Positions 63,571 through 64,000 of a stretch of DNA of 64,000 nt are shown here, in pieces. Positions within the stretch are counted from its first letter, which is position 1. Each line of letters opens with the position of its first letter. The notes beneath the pieces are model-generated. The model did no database searches. It was not told the origin of the DNA and saw nothing but the letters and a program-made list of their open reading frames with translations. Both the position numbers and the translations under genes were made by a program. This DNA comes from Epiperipatus broadwayi (lineage: Eukaryota; Animalia; Onychophora), in the NCBI GenBank assembly GCA_028023455.1, contig JAQFVV010000009.1:2976001-3040000 (forward strand), in the 5' to 3' direction.

Positions 63571-64000
63571 ATAGTGAATTCATATTTTATTAGACATCAA
63601 AATTTAAATACTATGGACATAACTGTTAACATTTGCAGGTTAGCTATGATATGAAAATAATTCACAATTAGTTTTATTTTGAAACAAATACATTTATTGA
63701 TGTAATTACCAATGAGATTGTTAATAATATTTACAAGATATTATTTACAACATTGATATAAATATTCAGGAAAGAACAAATCCATTTTAATAAATATATA
63801 TAAAAAATATCTCTGGTGCCTATCATTTTCACACTCGTAAAAAGCGCATGCACAATAGCTTGAGAAGGCTGATTTTTAATGTATTACAATTTATAAAAAC
63901 ATAGCGCTATAAAAATAAATGCTTATTTACATATGTTTAAGTTTCATTTGAGAGTGACGTTTAGTAAATTCTAGATAATTTCGCCGACATCATTCAATCA

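Noticed and set aside
1-64000. CRISPR arrays, rRNA genes or prokaryotic systems
   Set aside because: No regularly spaced repeat-spacer array, no rRNA similarity; the DNA is eukaryotic and intronic.

Overview
Very AT-rich (about three quarters A+T by eye) animal genomic DNA that is almost entirely intronic. The one confidently assigned host exon (49604-49740, minus strand) encodes the coiled-coil segment of a YAP/Yorkie transcriptional co-activator (..QQRQQKMRLQRLQMERERLRVRQQEILRQ). A frame-compatible 48-nt candidate micro-exon lies 30 kb downstream (19321-19368). I found no WW-domain or C-terminal YAP exons in the window, so the flanking introns appear very large. The intronic space holds many decayed transposons: a Ty3/Gypsy LTR element (10.75-15.8 kb), RTE-clade LINE relics, a Penelope-like RT/GIY-YIG relic, pogo-type and hAT non-autonomous DNA elements, tRNA-derived SINE heads and a tRNA-like pseudogene. 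The most striking signal is about 17 type-I hammerhead ribozyme motifs from several sequence families, 5 with an intact catalytic core and about 12 decayed. They sit in ~345-450 bp head-to-tail units and, at six loci, in fold-back pairs with the two ribozymes pointing away from each other. This looks like a retrozyme / Penelope-pLTR-type self-cleaving retroelement system embedded in the YAP pre-mRNA. All structures were folded by eye; no searches or folding programs were run.
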